Source of the DNA: Patescibacteria group bacterium
GTDB lineage: Bacteria; Patescibacteriota; Patescibacteriia; SG8-24; DYFX01
Direction: 5' to 3'
Length of the DNA: 64,000 nucleotides
NCBI GenBank assembly: GCA_038062835.1
Contig: JBBTWH010000001.1
Location: 42,982 to 106,981 of the forward strand
Made by a program: the position numbers and the translations under genes. Under the pieces are notes generated by a model. The model worked only from the letters and a program-made list of their open reading frames with translations, was not told the origin of the DNA and ran no database searches. The stretch's first letter is position 1. Every line of letters begins with the position of its first letter. Shown one piece after another: positions 17,182 to 27,345 of this stretch.

Positions 17182-18639
17182 TTAGAGCATCGGCCGCTTC
17201 CCGTGCCAGTCGGTCGCGTCCTGATAGCGTTTGGCGGCTTCGAGGACCAGCGCGTCGTCGAACTGCCGGCCGATGAGCTGCAGGCCGACGGGCAGGTCTC
17301 GGACGAAACCGCACGGGACGGAGACGGCCGGAGCGCCGACGACGTTGACCGTGACGGTGTAGATGTCCGTCAGGTACATGGCGATCGGGTCGTCGAACTT
17401 CTCGCCCAGGTCCCAGGCGACCGAAGGGGAGGTCGGCGAAAGCAGGAGGTCGACCTCCAGCATGAGCGCGTCGAACTCGGATTTCATCTTGGCGCGCACT
17501 TTCTGCGCCTGGAGATAGTACGCCTCGTAATAGCCGGCCGAAAGCGCGTGGGCGCCGAGCATGATGCGTCGGCGCACTTCGCGGCCGAAGCCCTGTCCGC
17601 GGGTCTCGAAATACGTCTCCTTCAGGCTCGGCGACGGCACGGAAAGGCCGAAGCGCATGCCGTCGTAGCGCGAAAGGTTCGCGCTGACCTCGCAGGGCAT
17701 GAGGACGTAGTAGACGGCCAAGCCGTGGTTCGCGGAGGGCAGGCTCACCTCGACGAGCTCCGCGCCGAGCTCCTCGAGCTTCTTGGCCGCTTCCAGCACG
17801 CGCTCGCGCACGCCTTCGTCCATGCCGTCGGCGAAAAACTCCTTCGGCATGCCGACGCGCAGGCCCTTCAGGCCTTCAGCCGGCAGCTTCGCCGCGGCGT
17901 AGCGCTCGCGAGAAGCACTGGTGGAGTCGAGCGGGTCCTCGCCTTCGATCGCCTCCAGGATCATTCCGGCGTCCTCCGCCGTGCGGGCGAAGGGGCCGAT
18001 CTGATCGAGCGACGAGGCCATCGAAAGCAGGCCGTAGCGCGAGACGCGGCCGTAGGTGGGTTTGAAGCCAGTCACGCCGCACATGGCGGCGGGCTGGCGG
18101 ATGGAGCCGCCGGTATCGGAACCGAGCGCGCCGAGGCACATGCCCGCGGCGAGCGCGGCGGCCGAACCGCCCGACGACCCGCCTGGAATCTTGGTGAGGC
18201 TCCAGGGATTGCGCGTGGGACCGAAGGCCGACGTCTCCGTCGATGAACCCATCGCGAACTCGTCGAGGTTGGCCTTGCCGAGGATGACGGCGCCCGCGGC
18301 CTTCAGCTTGGCGACGGCGGTGGCGTCGAAGGGCGATTCATAGTCGCTGAGGATCTTCGAACCGGCCGTGGTGTGGCTCCCCCTCATCTGCATGTTGTCC
18401 TTCACCATGAGCGGAATGCCGTCGAGCGGACCGATGGCCGCCCCGGACGCGCGGCGCGCGTCGGAGGCCTTCGCGGCTTCTCGCGCGGACGCTTCGAGGA
18501 GCTCAAGGACGGCGTGGACCTGGCCGTCCACCTCGCGGATGCGCTCCAAACAGGCCTCGGTGAGGTCCAAGCTGGTGAATTCCTTGCCGCGCAAGCCGTC
18601 GGCCGCCTGGCGGATGGTGAGCTGATGCAGTGCCGCCAT
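17182..18639 (-). CDS. gatA: Glu/Asp-tRNA(Gln/Asn) amidotransferase subunit A
   Basis: Has the amidase signature GGSSGGSAAALAAG and the Ser-cisSer-Lys triad context. Confidence 0.9.
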   Translation of the reverse strand: MAALHQLTIRQAADGLRGKEFTSLDLTEACLERIREVDGQVHAVLELLEASAREAAKASDARRASGAAIGPLDGIPLMVKDNMQMRGSHTTAGSKILSDYESPFDATAVAKLKAAGAVILGKANLDEFAMGSSTETSAFGPTRNPWSLTKIPGGSSGGSAAALAAGMCLGALGSDTGGSIRQPAAMCGVTGFKPTYGRVSRYGLLSMASSLDQIGPFARTAEDAGMILEAIEGEDPLDSTSASRERYAAAKLPAEGLKGLRVGMPKEFFADGMDEGVRERVLEAAKKLEELGAELVEVSLPSANHGLAVYYVLMPCEVSANLSRYDGMRFGLSVPSPSLKETYFETRGQGFGREVRRRIMLGAHALSAGYYEAYYLQAQKVRAKMKSEFDALMLEVDLLLSPTSPSVAWDLGEKFDDPIAMYLTDIYTVTVNVVGAPAVSVPCGFVRDLPVGLQLIGRQFDDALVLEAAKRYQDATDWHGKRPML

Positions 18640-18641
18640 AG

Positions 18642-18935
18642 CTACTTGAAGACGGCCTTCACCTTGATGAGGTCGCCCTCGCGCTCCGGCGCTTCGGCCA
18701 GCAAGGCTTCGCGCGTCGCGCCATCCGTCGGCATCACCTTGTCGGCACGCAGGACGTTGCTGACTCCGCTGATGTGCGCCGCGGGTTCGATGCCCTTCAC
18801 GTCGACGCTCGAAAGCTGGCCGACGTACTCCAAGACCGACGACATCTGGTCGCGGAACTTCTCGATCTCGTCGTCGGCGATCTTGATGTGCGCCAGCTCC
18901 GAGATCTTCAGGATTTCTTCGCGGGAAAGACTCAT
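18642..18935 (-). CDS. gatC: Glu/Asp-tRNA amidotransferase subunit C
   Basis: 97 aa, MSLSREEILKISELAHI..., immediately upstream of gatA. The track ORF uses a TTG at 18959. Confidence 0.75.
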   Translation of the reverse strand: MSLSREEILKISELAHIKIADDEIEKFRDQMSSVLEYVGQLSSVDVKGIEPAAHISGVSNVLRADKVMPTDGATREALLAEAPEREGDLIKVKAVFK

Positions 18936-18939
18936 AGTT

Positions 18940-21018
18940 TCAGGGCTTGAGCATAGCAAGGAACTCCTTCTCGCTCAAGACGGTCGTACCGAGCTTCCGG
19001 GCCTTCTCGGCTTTCGAGCCCGGTTCATCCCCGACCACCACATAGGACGTCTCTTGTCCGACGGATGACGAGACGCGTCCTCCCCGTTCGAGGATCTTAT
19101 CCTTGGCCTCGTCGCGGGAGAGCGACGCGAGCGTCCCCGTCAGCACGAAGACCTTATCCTTGAACGGCTGCGCCGCGGCGCGCCTTGGCCTCTCGATCTC
19201 GACGCCGACTTCGAGCAAGCGCTCGACCTCCCGCGCGCGCCGGGCATCACGGAAGAACGCGTGGACGCTCTCGGCCACGACGTCGCCGATGCCGCGCGCT
19301 GATTTCAGCTCCGGCAGCGGGGCGTCGCGCAGCCTCTCAAGGCTTCTGAATTCACGCGCGAGCTCGACGGCCGTCTCCTCGCCGACATGCCGGATGCCGA
19401 GCGCGAGGATGAAGCGCGCCAGCGTGACCGTTCTGGATGACCCGATCGCTTCGACGAGATTCTTGGCGGAGAGTTCGCCGAAGCCTTCCAGCGATTCGAG
19501 GTCGCCCGGAGCCAGATCGAAGAAGTCCGCTGGCTGCGAGACGAGGCCTTCGGCCATCAGCTGTTCGACGATCTTCCCGCCCAGCCCGTCGATATCGAAG
19601 GCGCGCTTCGAGACGAACAGCAGGAGGCGTCCCAGGTCTTTCGCCGGGCACTCCCGGTTCACGCAGGTGATGGCGACCTCGCCCTCGCGGCGGACGACGC
19701 CTTCGCCGCACGAAGGGCACGTCTTCGGCGCGACGATCTTCTTCTCCTTTCCGCTCCGCAGCTTCGGCAGGGCTTCGACGATCTTCGGGATGACGTCGCC
19801 GGCCTTCTCCAGCACGACGGTGTCGCCGATCCGGACGCCGAGGCGCTCGATCTCATCCATGTTATGCAGGGTCGCGTGGCGTACGGTCGTGCCGGCCACG
19901 AAGACGGGATCCATGACGGCGACCGGCGTGATGGCACCGGTACGGCCGACCTGCCAGCGAACCTCTCGGATGAGCGTCGTGACGGACTCGGCCGGGAACT
20001 TGAACGCGATCATGCCGCGCGGCGCCTTGCCCACGACGCCGAGACGCTCGTACAGCGCGTTGTCGTCCACGCCGACGACAAGGCCGTCGATCCAGTAGTC
20101 GAGTGATTCGCGCTTCTTCGCGACGTTCTCGTAAAGCGCGAAGACGGCCTTCGCGTCCTCGCAGCGGAGGTTCCACGGGTTCGCCTTGAACCCCATGAGC
20201 TTCGCCAGTTCGTGGCCCTGCTCGTGCGTCTTCAAGCCTTCATGCGTGACGAGATCATACGCCTGGAAGGCCAGCTTGCGCGCCGCGGCGATCTTCGGGT
20301 CGAGCTGCCGGATCGAACCGGCCGCGCCGTTGCGCGGGTTCACGATCGGCGGCTCCCCTTTCTTCTTCAAAGCGGCGTTCAGGGATTCGAAGACCTTCTT
20401 CGGCATGTAGACCTCGCCGCGGACTTCCGTACGCGCGGAAAGGAGGCAGGTGACGATCTTCTTCAGCCCGGCTTCGTCCAATCCTCCGCCGAATTTTTTC
20501 AGGAAGCTCCTGAGTTCGGCGTCGGACGGGCGCCGGAGCGCGAGCGGCACCGATTCGATGGTCCGCAGGTTCATCGTGACGTCCTCCCCGACCTTGCCGT
20601 CGCCGCGCGTCGAACCGCGCTTGAAAAAGCCGCCTTCGTATTCCAAAGAGACGGCCAAGCCATCCATCTTCATCTCGGCGTACAGGTCGCTCTTGAAACC
20701 GGGAACGCGGCGCCGCAGCCTTTCGATCCACTCATCGAACTCCTCGCGGCTGAAGACGTCCTCAAGCGACAGCATCGGCCGTCCGTGCGGAACCTTGCCG
20801 AACGTATCGAGCGGCTTTCCGGCTACGCGCTGGGTCGGCGAGTCGGGCGTGACGAGTTCGGGATGCGCCTGCTCGATCTTCCAGAGCTCGTGCTTCAGGG
20901 AATCCAAAGCGCCCTCGGAGACGGGGCTCTCGTCGAGGACGTGCGCGCGATAGCGATAGTCGTCGATGAGCGCGCGCAGCTTCTTGGCGCGTTCCCCGAC
21001 GGTCTTCTTGTCCGTCAT
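18940..21018 (-). CDS. ligA: NAD-dependent DNA ligase LigA
   Basis: Has the KxDG adenylation motif (KMDGLAVSL), an OB fold, a Zn finger (CPSCGEGVVREGEVAITCVNRECPAK), HhH and a C-terminal BRCT domain. The track ORF extends to 21057. Confidence 0.9.
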   Translation of the reverse strand: MTDKKTVGERAKKLRALIDDYRYRAHVLDESPVSEGALDSLKHELWKIEQAHPELVTPDSPTQRVAGKPLDTFGKVPHGRPMLSLEDVFSREEFDEWIERLRRRVPGFKSDLYAEMKMDGLAVSLEYEGGFFKRGSTRGDGKVGEDVTMNLRTIESVPLALRRPSDAELRSFLKKFGGGLDEAGLKKIVTCLLSARTEVRGEVYMPKKVFESLNAALKKKGEPPIVNPRNGAAGSIRQLDPKIAAARKLAFQAYDLVTHEGLKTHEQGHELAKLMGFKANPWNLRCEDAKAVFALYENVAKKRESLDYWIDGLVVGVDDNALYERLGVVGKAPRGMIAFKFPAESVTTLIREVRWQVGRTGAITPVAVMDPVFVAGTTVRHATLHNMDEIERLGVRIGDTVVLEKAGDVIPKIVEALPKLRSGKEKKIVAPKTCPSCGEGVVRREGEVAITCVNRECPAKDLGRLLLFVSKRAFDIDGLGGKIVEQLMAEGLVSQPADFFDLAPGDLESLEGFGELSAKNLVEAIGSSRTVTLARFILALGIRHVGEETAVELAREFRSLERLRDAPLPELKSARGIGDVVAESVHAFFRDARRAREVERLLEVGVEIERPRRAAAQPFKDKVFVLTGTLASLSRDEAKDKILERGGRVSSSVGQETSYVVVGDEPGSKAEKARKLGTTVLSEKEFLAMLKP

Positions 21019-21866
21019 AGGCAGGGCGCTCCGGAAACGCCTTTGAGGAGCGAACATTGGCTGAAGATCACGAAATCGAAGGCGCCCGAAAGCGGCTGAA
21101 GGCGCGGGAGACGGAGCTCCATGGCCTGCCGCGCCGCGCCGTACGTGCCGACCGACTCGACGGCCAGGCGCGACGGGATCGGCACCTGCACGCCGCCGGC
21201 GTCATCGGAACTATACGCCGTGATGGCCAGGTTGAAAATATCGCAGTTCTTCGCGCGCAGTCGCACGCGATATGCCTTCGAGGCCATGAAATCGTCATCG
21301 ATGACCTGGGGCGTGACCCGCAGGAAGGTCAGCGCCGGCGAATCGCCGTGGAACGCGACGTTCGGATCGAATCCGCCCGCCGCCGCCGGGTCCCAGCCGG
21401 TCGCCAACACCTCCAAGCCGGAGGTTCCGCCGCAGACGTCGTCCCAGGCGAAGGTCAGGGACTCCGTGCCGGCGGGGCTCGCGGGCGTCTCCGGATCCCA
21501 CAGCACGACTTCATACGAACGGTCTTCGGGGATGGAGGCGAAAATCGTCGTCTCGGTCGATTCCAGGGCGCGGCTCCAGCGCGCGCCGTTGCCGAGCGGA
21601 ACGCCGGAATCGGTCACCGACGAGTCATGGTTCGGACTCGCGTTCAGCGCGGCGGAACCGGCGCCGACGCGGCGGAGCTGGTAGAGGGTCTGTTCGGCGC
21701 CGGACTCCGCCGCCGCGAAGGCGATGACGGCGTCGTCGATGACGCGAGCCTGCCGCAAGTTCAGCACCGAGATGGTGCCGAGCGAGGCGCCCACGATCAA
21801 GACGCCGCTCATCACGAGGAGCGACATGAGCAGGACGTTCCCTTCGCGGCGAGCGTCAGCGTACAT
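21015..21866 (-). CDS. PilX-like type IV pilus minor pilin/assembly protein
   Basis: N-terminal hydrophobic segment (GNVLLMSLLVMSGVLIVGASLG), PilX_N-like. It is the last gene of the pilus operon. Confidence 0.5.
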   Translation of the reverse strand: MYADARREGNVLLMSLLVMSGVLIVGASLGTISVLNLRQARVIDDAVIAFAAAESGAEQTLYQLRRVGAGSAALNASPNHDSSVTDSGVPLGNGARWSRALESTETTIFASIPEDRSYEVVLWDPETPASPAGTESLTFAWDDVCGGTSGLEVLATGWDPAAAGGFDPNVAFHGDSPALTFLRVTPQVIDDDFMASKAYRVRLRAKNCDIFNLAITAYSSDDAGGVQVPIPSRLAVESVGTYGAARQAMELRLPRLQPLSGAFDFVIFSQCSLLKGVSGAPCL

Positions 21867-22443
21867 ATGAGCGCGCGGCTATGGTCGTCTGGGCGTTCAG
21901 CGTGACGATGTCCTCCGGCCTGCGGCCCTGCGTCCGTACCTTCAACGCCAGGGTCACGGTCGGCTGGGCGTCGGCCTTATAGAGTCCGCTGTCCTCGTCG
22001 ATCGAGAACGGGTCGGCCTGCGGGGTGATGAAAAAGGCGAGGTTCTCGAGGAGGATGCCGGAGGACGTGACGCTCTGCGCGACGCCGTCGACGCGCACGG
22101 CCAGACAACCGGCGACTCCCGCCGGACAGATCGACGGATTCGTCTCCTTGTAGAACTCGAGGCGGGAGCCGGAGGCGCTGCGGATGATGAGGTTCAGGGA
22201 CGGAGCCTGGATGCCGCCGGCGGCCTCGTACGTCTCGTAGTCGATGGACCCGGCACGGACCTCGCGCACGATGCTCTCGAGCGTGAAGCGCAGGTCGGCC
22301 TGCGCCGCCGTGATAGCCAGCACGCGGCGCTGCGCCTGGTTCGAGAGCAGGAAGATGGACGACGTCAAAGCCACCGTCAGGCTGAAGATGCCCATGACGA
22401 CCAGAAGCTCCATCAGGGTGATGCCGCGCGGCGCCGTCTTCAT
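21856..22443 (-). CDS. type IV minor pilin/pseudopilin (PilW-like)
   Basis: Prepilin signal RG|ITLMELLVVMGIFS, with Glu at +5. Confidence 0.6.
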   Translation of the reverse strand: MKTAPRGITLMELLVVMGIFSLTVALTSSIFLLSNQAQRRVLAITAAQADLRFTLESIVREVRAGSIDYETYEAAGGIQAPSLNLIIRSASGSRLEFYKETNPSICPAGVAGCLAVRVDGVAQSVTSSGILLENLAFFITPQADPFSIDEDSGLYKADAQPTVTLALKVRTQGRRPEDIVTLNAQTTIAARSYVR

Positions 22444-22450
22444 AGAGGTT

Positions 22451-23074
22451 TCATCTCCAGTCATAAAGGCGTTCCTCGACGGCCAGCGTCTGCTGCTGTC
22501 CTCCCGCGCCGCGCCAACGGACGGTCGAATAGACCGCCAGGCCCGCCAGCGTCTCGGAACCGAGGCAGGTCGCGGAACTTCCGACGATGCGCTCGACGCC
22601 GGTGCCATCGTCGCGGCAGACGTGTTGGAGCGTCAGGAGGCGCGAGTACGGACTCGCGGCCCCGCCGGTCGGCGGAGTGTCGGCCTGCCGATAGACGCCG
22701 TCGCTCATCAGGTAGACGGCCGCGTTCGCCGCCCCCATCGACGTGGGCTCGAACGAAAGCGTCCAGCTCCCGTTCTCCGTATCAAGCATCGGTCGTGCCG
22801 TCTTGTTGCCGGCACCATCGACCAGTCCGACCTGGAAGCTGCGCCCCATGAGCCAGTTGGTGTCGCGAGCCGCACGTACGACTTCCAAGCCTTCGCGCGC
22901 GAGGTTGGCGGCGATGACCTGCATGCCTCCGACGCGCGTCGCCGTGATGGAGGATTGGATGAGCGCCAGCGAACTCGAAATCGCGGTGATGATCACGGTA
23001 ATCGCCACCATCGCCTCGATGAAGGACTGTCCGCGCCGTGCGCCGTGCGGTGAACGGACGTGCCGCTCAATCAT
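22451..23074 (-). CDS. type IV minor pilin (PilV-like)
   Basis: Prepilin signal RRG|QSFIEAMVAITVI. Confidence 0.6.
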   Translation of the reverse strand: MIERHVRSPHGARRGQSFIEAMVAITVIITAISSSLALIQSSITATRVGGMQVIAANLAREGLEVVRAARDTNWLMGRSFQVGLVDGAGNKTARPMLDTENGSWTLSFEPTSMGAANAAVYLMSDGVYRQADTPPTGGAASPYSRLLTLQHVCRDDGTGVERIVGSSATCLGSETLAGLAVYSTVRWRGAGGQQQTLAVEERLYDWR

Positions 23075-23708
23075 GCTCGATTTTTCCGGAAAGGCGGTAG
23101 ATGGTGACATGGCGGGTCATGTTTCCGAATTGATGGCCGAGCGTCAGCGAAACCGTGGTCGGGCCGGAGTCCGAACCGTTGACGTACAGCTTCCCGAACG
23201 GCGGCGCGTAGACGATATCGAGCGGGTCACCGGAGGGGCTGCCCTGGAAACGCGCCGCCGCAGTCGAAACGTACGGCGCCGCCGCGTACTCCTCGCCCGC
23301 GTCGTACCGCTGGTCGTCGTCGGTGTCGTAGAAGAGAACGTACTCGCTGCTCGCGAGCGTCGAGAAACGGATGCCGTAGCCCGCCGGGACTCGCTTCTGG
23401 CATGATCCTCCGGAGCACGTGACTGCCGGCTGCTTCGGTTCGCACGCGTCGAGATCTTCCGCCCCGCCGCTGCAGACCGCCGCCAACCGGCCGGTCAATG
23501 ACGACGTCTGCACGGCCCGGAGCTGACCGACAAGGATGTCCGCCGCGAGACGCACTTCGGCCGCCTGCTGGCCGCCGCGGAAGTTCGCCATCATCATCCC
23601 CGTCAGCACGCCGATGATGGAAATCGAGACGAGCAGTTCGACCAGCGTGAACCCCCCTGCGCCGACGGCTCGGGGGGCAGGTCCCTTAGAGCGAGAGGAG
23701 CGAAGCAT
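23067..23708 (-). CDS. type IV minor pilin (prepilin-type N-terminal cleavage/methylation domain)
   Basis: GG|FTLVELLVSISIIGVL, the classic GFTLxE motif. Confidence 0.65.
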   Translation of the reverse strand: MLRSSRSKGPAPRAVGAGGFTLVELLVSISIIGVLTGMMMANFRGGQQAAEVRLAADILVGQLRAVQTSSLTGRLAAVCSGGAEDLDACEPKQPAVTCSGGSCQKRVPAGYGIRFSTLASSEYVLFYDTDDDQRYDAGEEYAAAPYVSTAAARFQGSPSGDPLDIVYAPPFGKLYVNGSDSGPTTVSLTLGHQFGNMTRHVTIYRLSGKIEHD

Positions 23709-24456
23709 ACCAGGCCATGATGGACTGGCCGAAGAACAGGGCCAGGAGCGTGCCGACGCTGAGGAAGGTCCCGAACGCCATTTGGCCGCTCCAACGCGCC
23801 TTGCCGGCGGCCAGGAGCCCGAGCGCCGCGACGGCCCCGATGACGTATGACGCGAACAGCGCCAGGATGACGCCGGGGAATCCAAGCATCGCGCCCATCA
23901 TGCCGCCGATGCGGATATCGCCGCCGCCTATCCAGCGTCCGCGCGAGATGACGTACTGGAAAAGGAAGAAGCCCGCCCCCGCGGCGGCGGCCAGGAACAG
24001 ATCGAGCGCGTCGGCCCCCGCCGCCAAGTTGAACAGGAACGCGATGGCGATCATCGGCAGCGTCACCGAATCGAAGACGACCATGTCGCGCAGATCGATG
24101 ACGAAGACGACCGTCAGCGCGGCGATGAAGATCCAATCGCGCAACACGAGCAGGGCGCCGCCGCCCAGTACGCCGGCGTCGCCGCCGCGCAGCCAGAAGG
24201 CGCTCAAGAAGAGAAGCGCCGTCGACAGCTCGACCATCGGATACTGCCAGGATATCGGCTTGCTGCAGGAACGGCAGCGGCCGCGGAGCGCCAGGAAACT
24301 GAAAAGCGGCACGAGCTCGCTCGGGCGCAGGACCGCGTGGCAGTCCGGGCAGCGCGATCGGCTCCGCCAGCCCGTCTCGCCGGACCGCAGCCTTCCGATG
24401 ACGACGTTCAGGAAGCTGCCGATCGCGAGACCGATGAATAAGGCTACGAAGGTCAT
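23686..24456 (-). CDS. pilD: prepilin peptidase (A24 family)
   Basis: Has the GSFLNVVI motif, a CxxC...CxxC zinc site, Asp active sites and eight TM segments. Confidence 0.85.
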   Translation of the reverse strand: MTFVALFIGLAIGSFLNVVIGRLRSGETGWRSRSRCPDCHAVLRPSELVPLFSFLALRGRCRSCSKPISWQYPMVELSTALLFLSAFWLRGGDAGVLGGGALLVLRDWIFIAALTVVFVIDLRDMVVFDSVTLPMIAIAFLFNLAAGADALDLFLAAAAGAGFFLFQYVISRGRWIGGGDIRIGGMMGAMLGFPGVILALFASYVIGAVAALGLLAAGKARWSGQMAFGTFLSVGTLLALFFGQSIMAWYASLLSL

Positions 24457-24459
24457 GCG

Positions 24460-24987
24460 TCAGGGACAAGTTCCGTTCCGAAGCGACGACTGGTCTACCA
24501 TCACCGCTCCGGCTGCCAGTTCGATTTGCGGCAAGCCGCGCTCCAGTGAGGATTGGACGCAATAGCCGAGGCACGGCGCCGTCGTGCAGGTCGAAATGAT
24601 GCCGTTCGTGCTGCGGTACGCATAGGCGGCGCCGTTCGGGGTCGGATTCGCCGGTACGAGGCCCATGTAGACCCTGCCAAGGTCGCAGTTCCCGACGCCC
24701 TGATCCGCGGCGAACGATGCGACGGCGCCCTTCGCGCACAAGACGTCGGTCGTACCGGCGCCGAGCGTCAGAGGAGAAGCCACGACCGGATAACCTGAAC
24801 CCGGCTCGAACGACAGCTCGAGCGCTTTTTGGATCTGCTTCAGGTCAGTCACCCGCTTCTCGTCACGCGCCTTCGCGCGCGCGCCGCCGACTGCGGCGAT
24901 GGTGATAGTGGCCGTGAGGCCGATGATGGCGATGACGATGAGGAGTTCTATGAGCGTGAATCCCCGAAAGCGCTGATGGATCGGCAT
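24460..24987 (-). CDS. type IV pilin (PilA-like paralog 1)
   Basis: RG|FTLIELLIVIAIIG, with a C-terminal Cys pair. Confidence 0.8.
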   Translation of the reverse strand: MPIHQRFRGFTLIELLIVIAIIGLTATITIAAVGGARAKARDEKRVTDLKQIQKALELSFEPGSGYPVVASPLTLGAGTTDVLCAKGAVASFAADQGVGNCDLGRVYMGLVPANPTPNGAAYAYRSTNGIISTCTTAPCLGYCVQSSLERGLPQIELAAGAVMVDQSSLRNGTCP

Positions 24988-25021
24988 GCTTCGCAGTCTA
25001 TGAACAATGCCTACATTATAA

Positions 25022-25054
25022 CACGAAAAGCCCGTCCATGATGGACGGGCTTTC
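25022..25054 (-). terminator. intrinsic terminator after the upstream pilin gene (aaagcccgtccat-c-atggacgggcttt + TCGTGT)
   Basis: A strong hairpin sits immediately downstream of the pilA paralog 2 stop. This is typical of major-pilin attenuation. Confidence 0.5.
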
Positions 25055-25071
25055 CCCGAGTCGACCGAGGC

Positions 25072-25554
25072 TTAGCAGCCCGGGGTCGCATCGTCGGCCT
25101 GAATGCCGTTCTGGTTGGCGCAGTTGGCGCCGGCGCCGAGCTGGCCGGTGGCTCCTTCCAGGCTGAAGGTGATCCAGTACGTGCCCGAGCCGGTGGCGCT
25201 GTTGTAGGTGTACGGCAGGCCGGCGGGGGTCGGGTTCGAGGGGACGAGACCCATGTAGATCGTCGTGCAGTTCGACGTGTCGCCCTGGAACACGGCTCCG
25301 CTGTTGTTGCAGAGGACGTCATCCGCAGCGCCGCCGAGGACGGTGGACGTCTCAGTCGGGTAGTTGTTCGACTCTGAGAACGCGAGCTCGAGGGCGGTCT
25401 GGATCTGGCGGATGTCCGAGACGCGCTTGGCGTCGCGGGAACGCTGGCGGGCGCTGTTAAGGGCGACGACGGCCAGGGTGGAGAGCAGACCGATGATGGC
25501 GATGACCACCAGCAGTTCGATAAGGGTGAAACCCTTGGACTGTGAGCGCTTCAT
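25072..25554 (-). CDS. pilA: type IV pilin (PilA-like paralog 2, probable major pilin)
   Basis: KG|FTLIELLVVIAIIGLLSTLAV. It has its own terminator and an AT-rich upstream region. Confidence 0.8.
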   Translation of the reverse strand: MKRSQSKGFTLIELLVVIAIIGLLSTLAVVALNSARQRSRDAKRVSDIRQIQTALELAFSESNNYPTETSTVLGGAADDVLCNNSGAVFQGDTSNCTTIYMGLVPSNPTPAGLPYTYNSATGSGTYWITFSLEGATGQLGAGANCANQNGIQADDATPGC

Positions 25555-25679
25555 ACCGTTGGAACGAAAGTTTCTAAATGACTAATTAGCATGGGTTCAA
25601 TCGCCTCGTGTCGGCACACGGATATGATGGACTCTTTTCAGAGATTCTTCAAAGCTGATTATCCACAGTCTACCATCTT

Positions 25680-26072
25680 TCAGCGCCTGACGCACGTGAT
25701 GCCGCCTGCTGGACGGACTTCGCACGCGCCTCCCGGCAGGGTGCCGACGCGCCCCTCGAGCGTGAAGCGCAGTACGTAGGAACGGCATGTCTCTGAGGCA
25801 TCCGGCGCGCAGCCTGCCGGTTCCGCCCGGTATTCGAACGCTTCCGCGAGTCCCGCGTCGTCGGCCGGCAGATCCGCGGCGGCGCCGGGGTACGAAGCCG
25901 TCATCGCACGGTATGTCTCGACGGCCGCCTGCGCCTGCCGCGCCGCGGAGACGACCGCGCCGTCGCGCTCGCGGCGCCGTGCGTCGAGGACGCCGAGCAG
26001 CATCGGGACTCCGAGAAGCAGGATGACTCCGGCAGCCACCAGGATTTCCGCGAGCGTCATGCCTTTGCGCAT
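25680..26072 (-). CDS. pseudopilin / minor pilin
   Basis: KG|MTLAEILVAAGVILLL prepilin-like N-terminus. Confidence 0.5.
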   Translation of the reverse strand: MRKGMTLAEILVAAGVILLLGVPMLLGVLDARRRERDGAVVSAARQAQAAVETYRAMTASYPGAAADLPADDAGLAEAFEYRAEPAGCAPDASETCRSYVLRFTLEGRVGTLPGGACEVRPAGGITCVRR

Positions 26073-26077
26073 ATGGT

Positions 26078-27286
26078 TCACATCTGTTGAGCGAGGCTGT
26101 ACATCGGAAGGATGATGGCCATCACGAGCGCGCCGACGGCGACGCCCATCACGATCATGATGATAGGCTCGATGGCGGTAGAGAGCGTCGAGACGGCGGC
26201 GTTCACCTCGCGCGTGTAGAAATCGGTCAGTCGGGAAAGCACCTGCTGCAATTTTCCGGTTTCCTCCCCGATCGAGATCATCTGGGTGACCATGTCCGGG
26301 AATTCCTTGCGGCCCTTCAGCGAGCCGGCCATGGTGTTGCCCGCCGAGACTTCCTGGACCGTCAGGACGAGGCCTTCGCGATAGGTCTCGTTGCCGACCA
26401 CGCCGGCGACGACCTTGAGGCTCGTAACCAGGTCGACGCCGCCTTCGATGAGCGTCGAGAGGCTGTGCGTGATGCGCGTGATATAGATCTTGCGGAAAAG
26501 CGCGCCGAATACCGGGATACGGAGCAGGACCCCGTCGAGGAATCGCTTGCCTCCGGGCGTACGATAGGCAGTCCTCACTCCGACGACGGCACCGAGCGCG
26601 CCGCCGACGATGACGTACCAGTATTTCACGAAGAAATCGCTCACGTTCACCAGGATCCTGGTGGCGAGCGGCAGATCGGCGCCGCTCTCGCGCAGGACTG
26701 CCGTCAGCTTCGGCACCACGAAAATCATCATCACGGTTCCTACGATGAAGAGCATGATGACGACGATGATCGGATACGTCATGGCGCCCTTCACGCGGCG
26801 ACGCAGATCGAGATCCTTTTCCTGCTGGTCGGCCAGATAGTGCAGGACCTCGTCGAGCTTGCCTGAAGTCTCGCCCGAACGGAGCATGTTCACGTAGAAC
26901 GACCCGAAGACGTGGGGGTATTTGGCGAACGCGTCGGAGAGCCTGACTCCGCCTTCGACCTCGTTGGCGATATCAAGGACGATGCCATGGAGCTTCGGAC
27001 TCACGGTCTGCCGCGCGGCGGTGCGCAGCGACCGCACGATGGAGATCGAAGCGCCGACCATCACCGAAAGCTGGCGCGAGAAGATGACGATGTCCTCGAC
27101 CTTGACCCGCTGGAGGAACGTGAATCTGAGGTTGCCGATCGAGGTCGCCTCGCGCTCATCGACGCCCATGACCTGATAACCGCGCTCACGAAGCACGTCG
27201 CCGGCCTGTCCGGCGTCGGCCGCTTCCACAGCGCCTTCAAGATCGCGGCCCCGGGAGTCCTTGACCTTGTAGCTGAAGATCGGCAT
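26078..27286 (-). CDS. pilC: type IV pilus inner-membrane platform protein (GspF family)
   Basis: Two T2SSF domains and three TM segments. Confidence 0.9.
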   Translation of the reverse strand: MPIFSYKVKDSRGRDLEGAVEAADAGQAGDVLRERGYQVMGVDEREATSIGNLRFTFLQRVKVEDIVIFSRQLSVMVGASISIVRSLRTAARQTVSPKLHGIVLDIANEVEGGVRLSDAFAKYPHVFGSFYVNMLRSGETSGKLDEVLHYLADQQEKDLDLRRRVKGAMTYPIIVVIMLFIVGTVMMIFVVPKLTAVLRESGADLPLATRILVNVSDFFVKYWYVIVGGALGAVVGVRTAYRTPGGKRFLDGVLLRIPVFGALFRKIYITRITHSLSTLIEGGVDLVTSLKVVAGVVGNETYREGLVLTVQEVSAGNTMAGSLKGRKEFPDMVTQMISIGEETGKLQQVLSRLTDFYTREVNAAVSTLSTAIEPIIMIVMGVAVGALVMAIILPMYSLAQQM

Positions 27287-27345
27287 GGGGAGGTCTGAGC
27301 GTTGAGGTTTGAGGTCTGACGTTAACCCTCAGACCTCAAACCTTA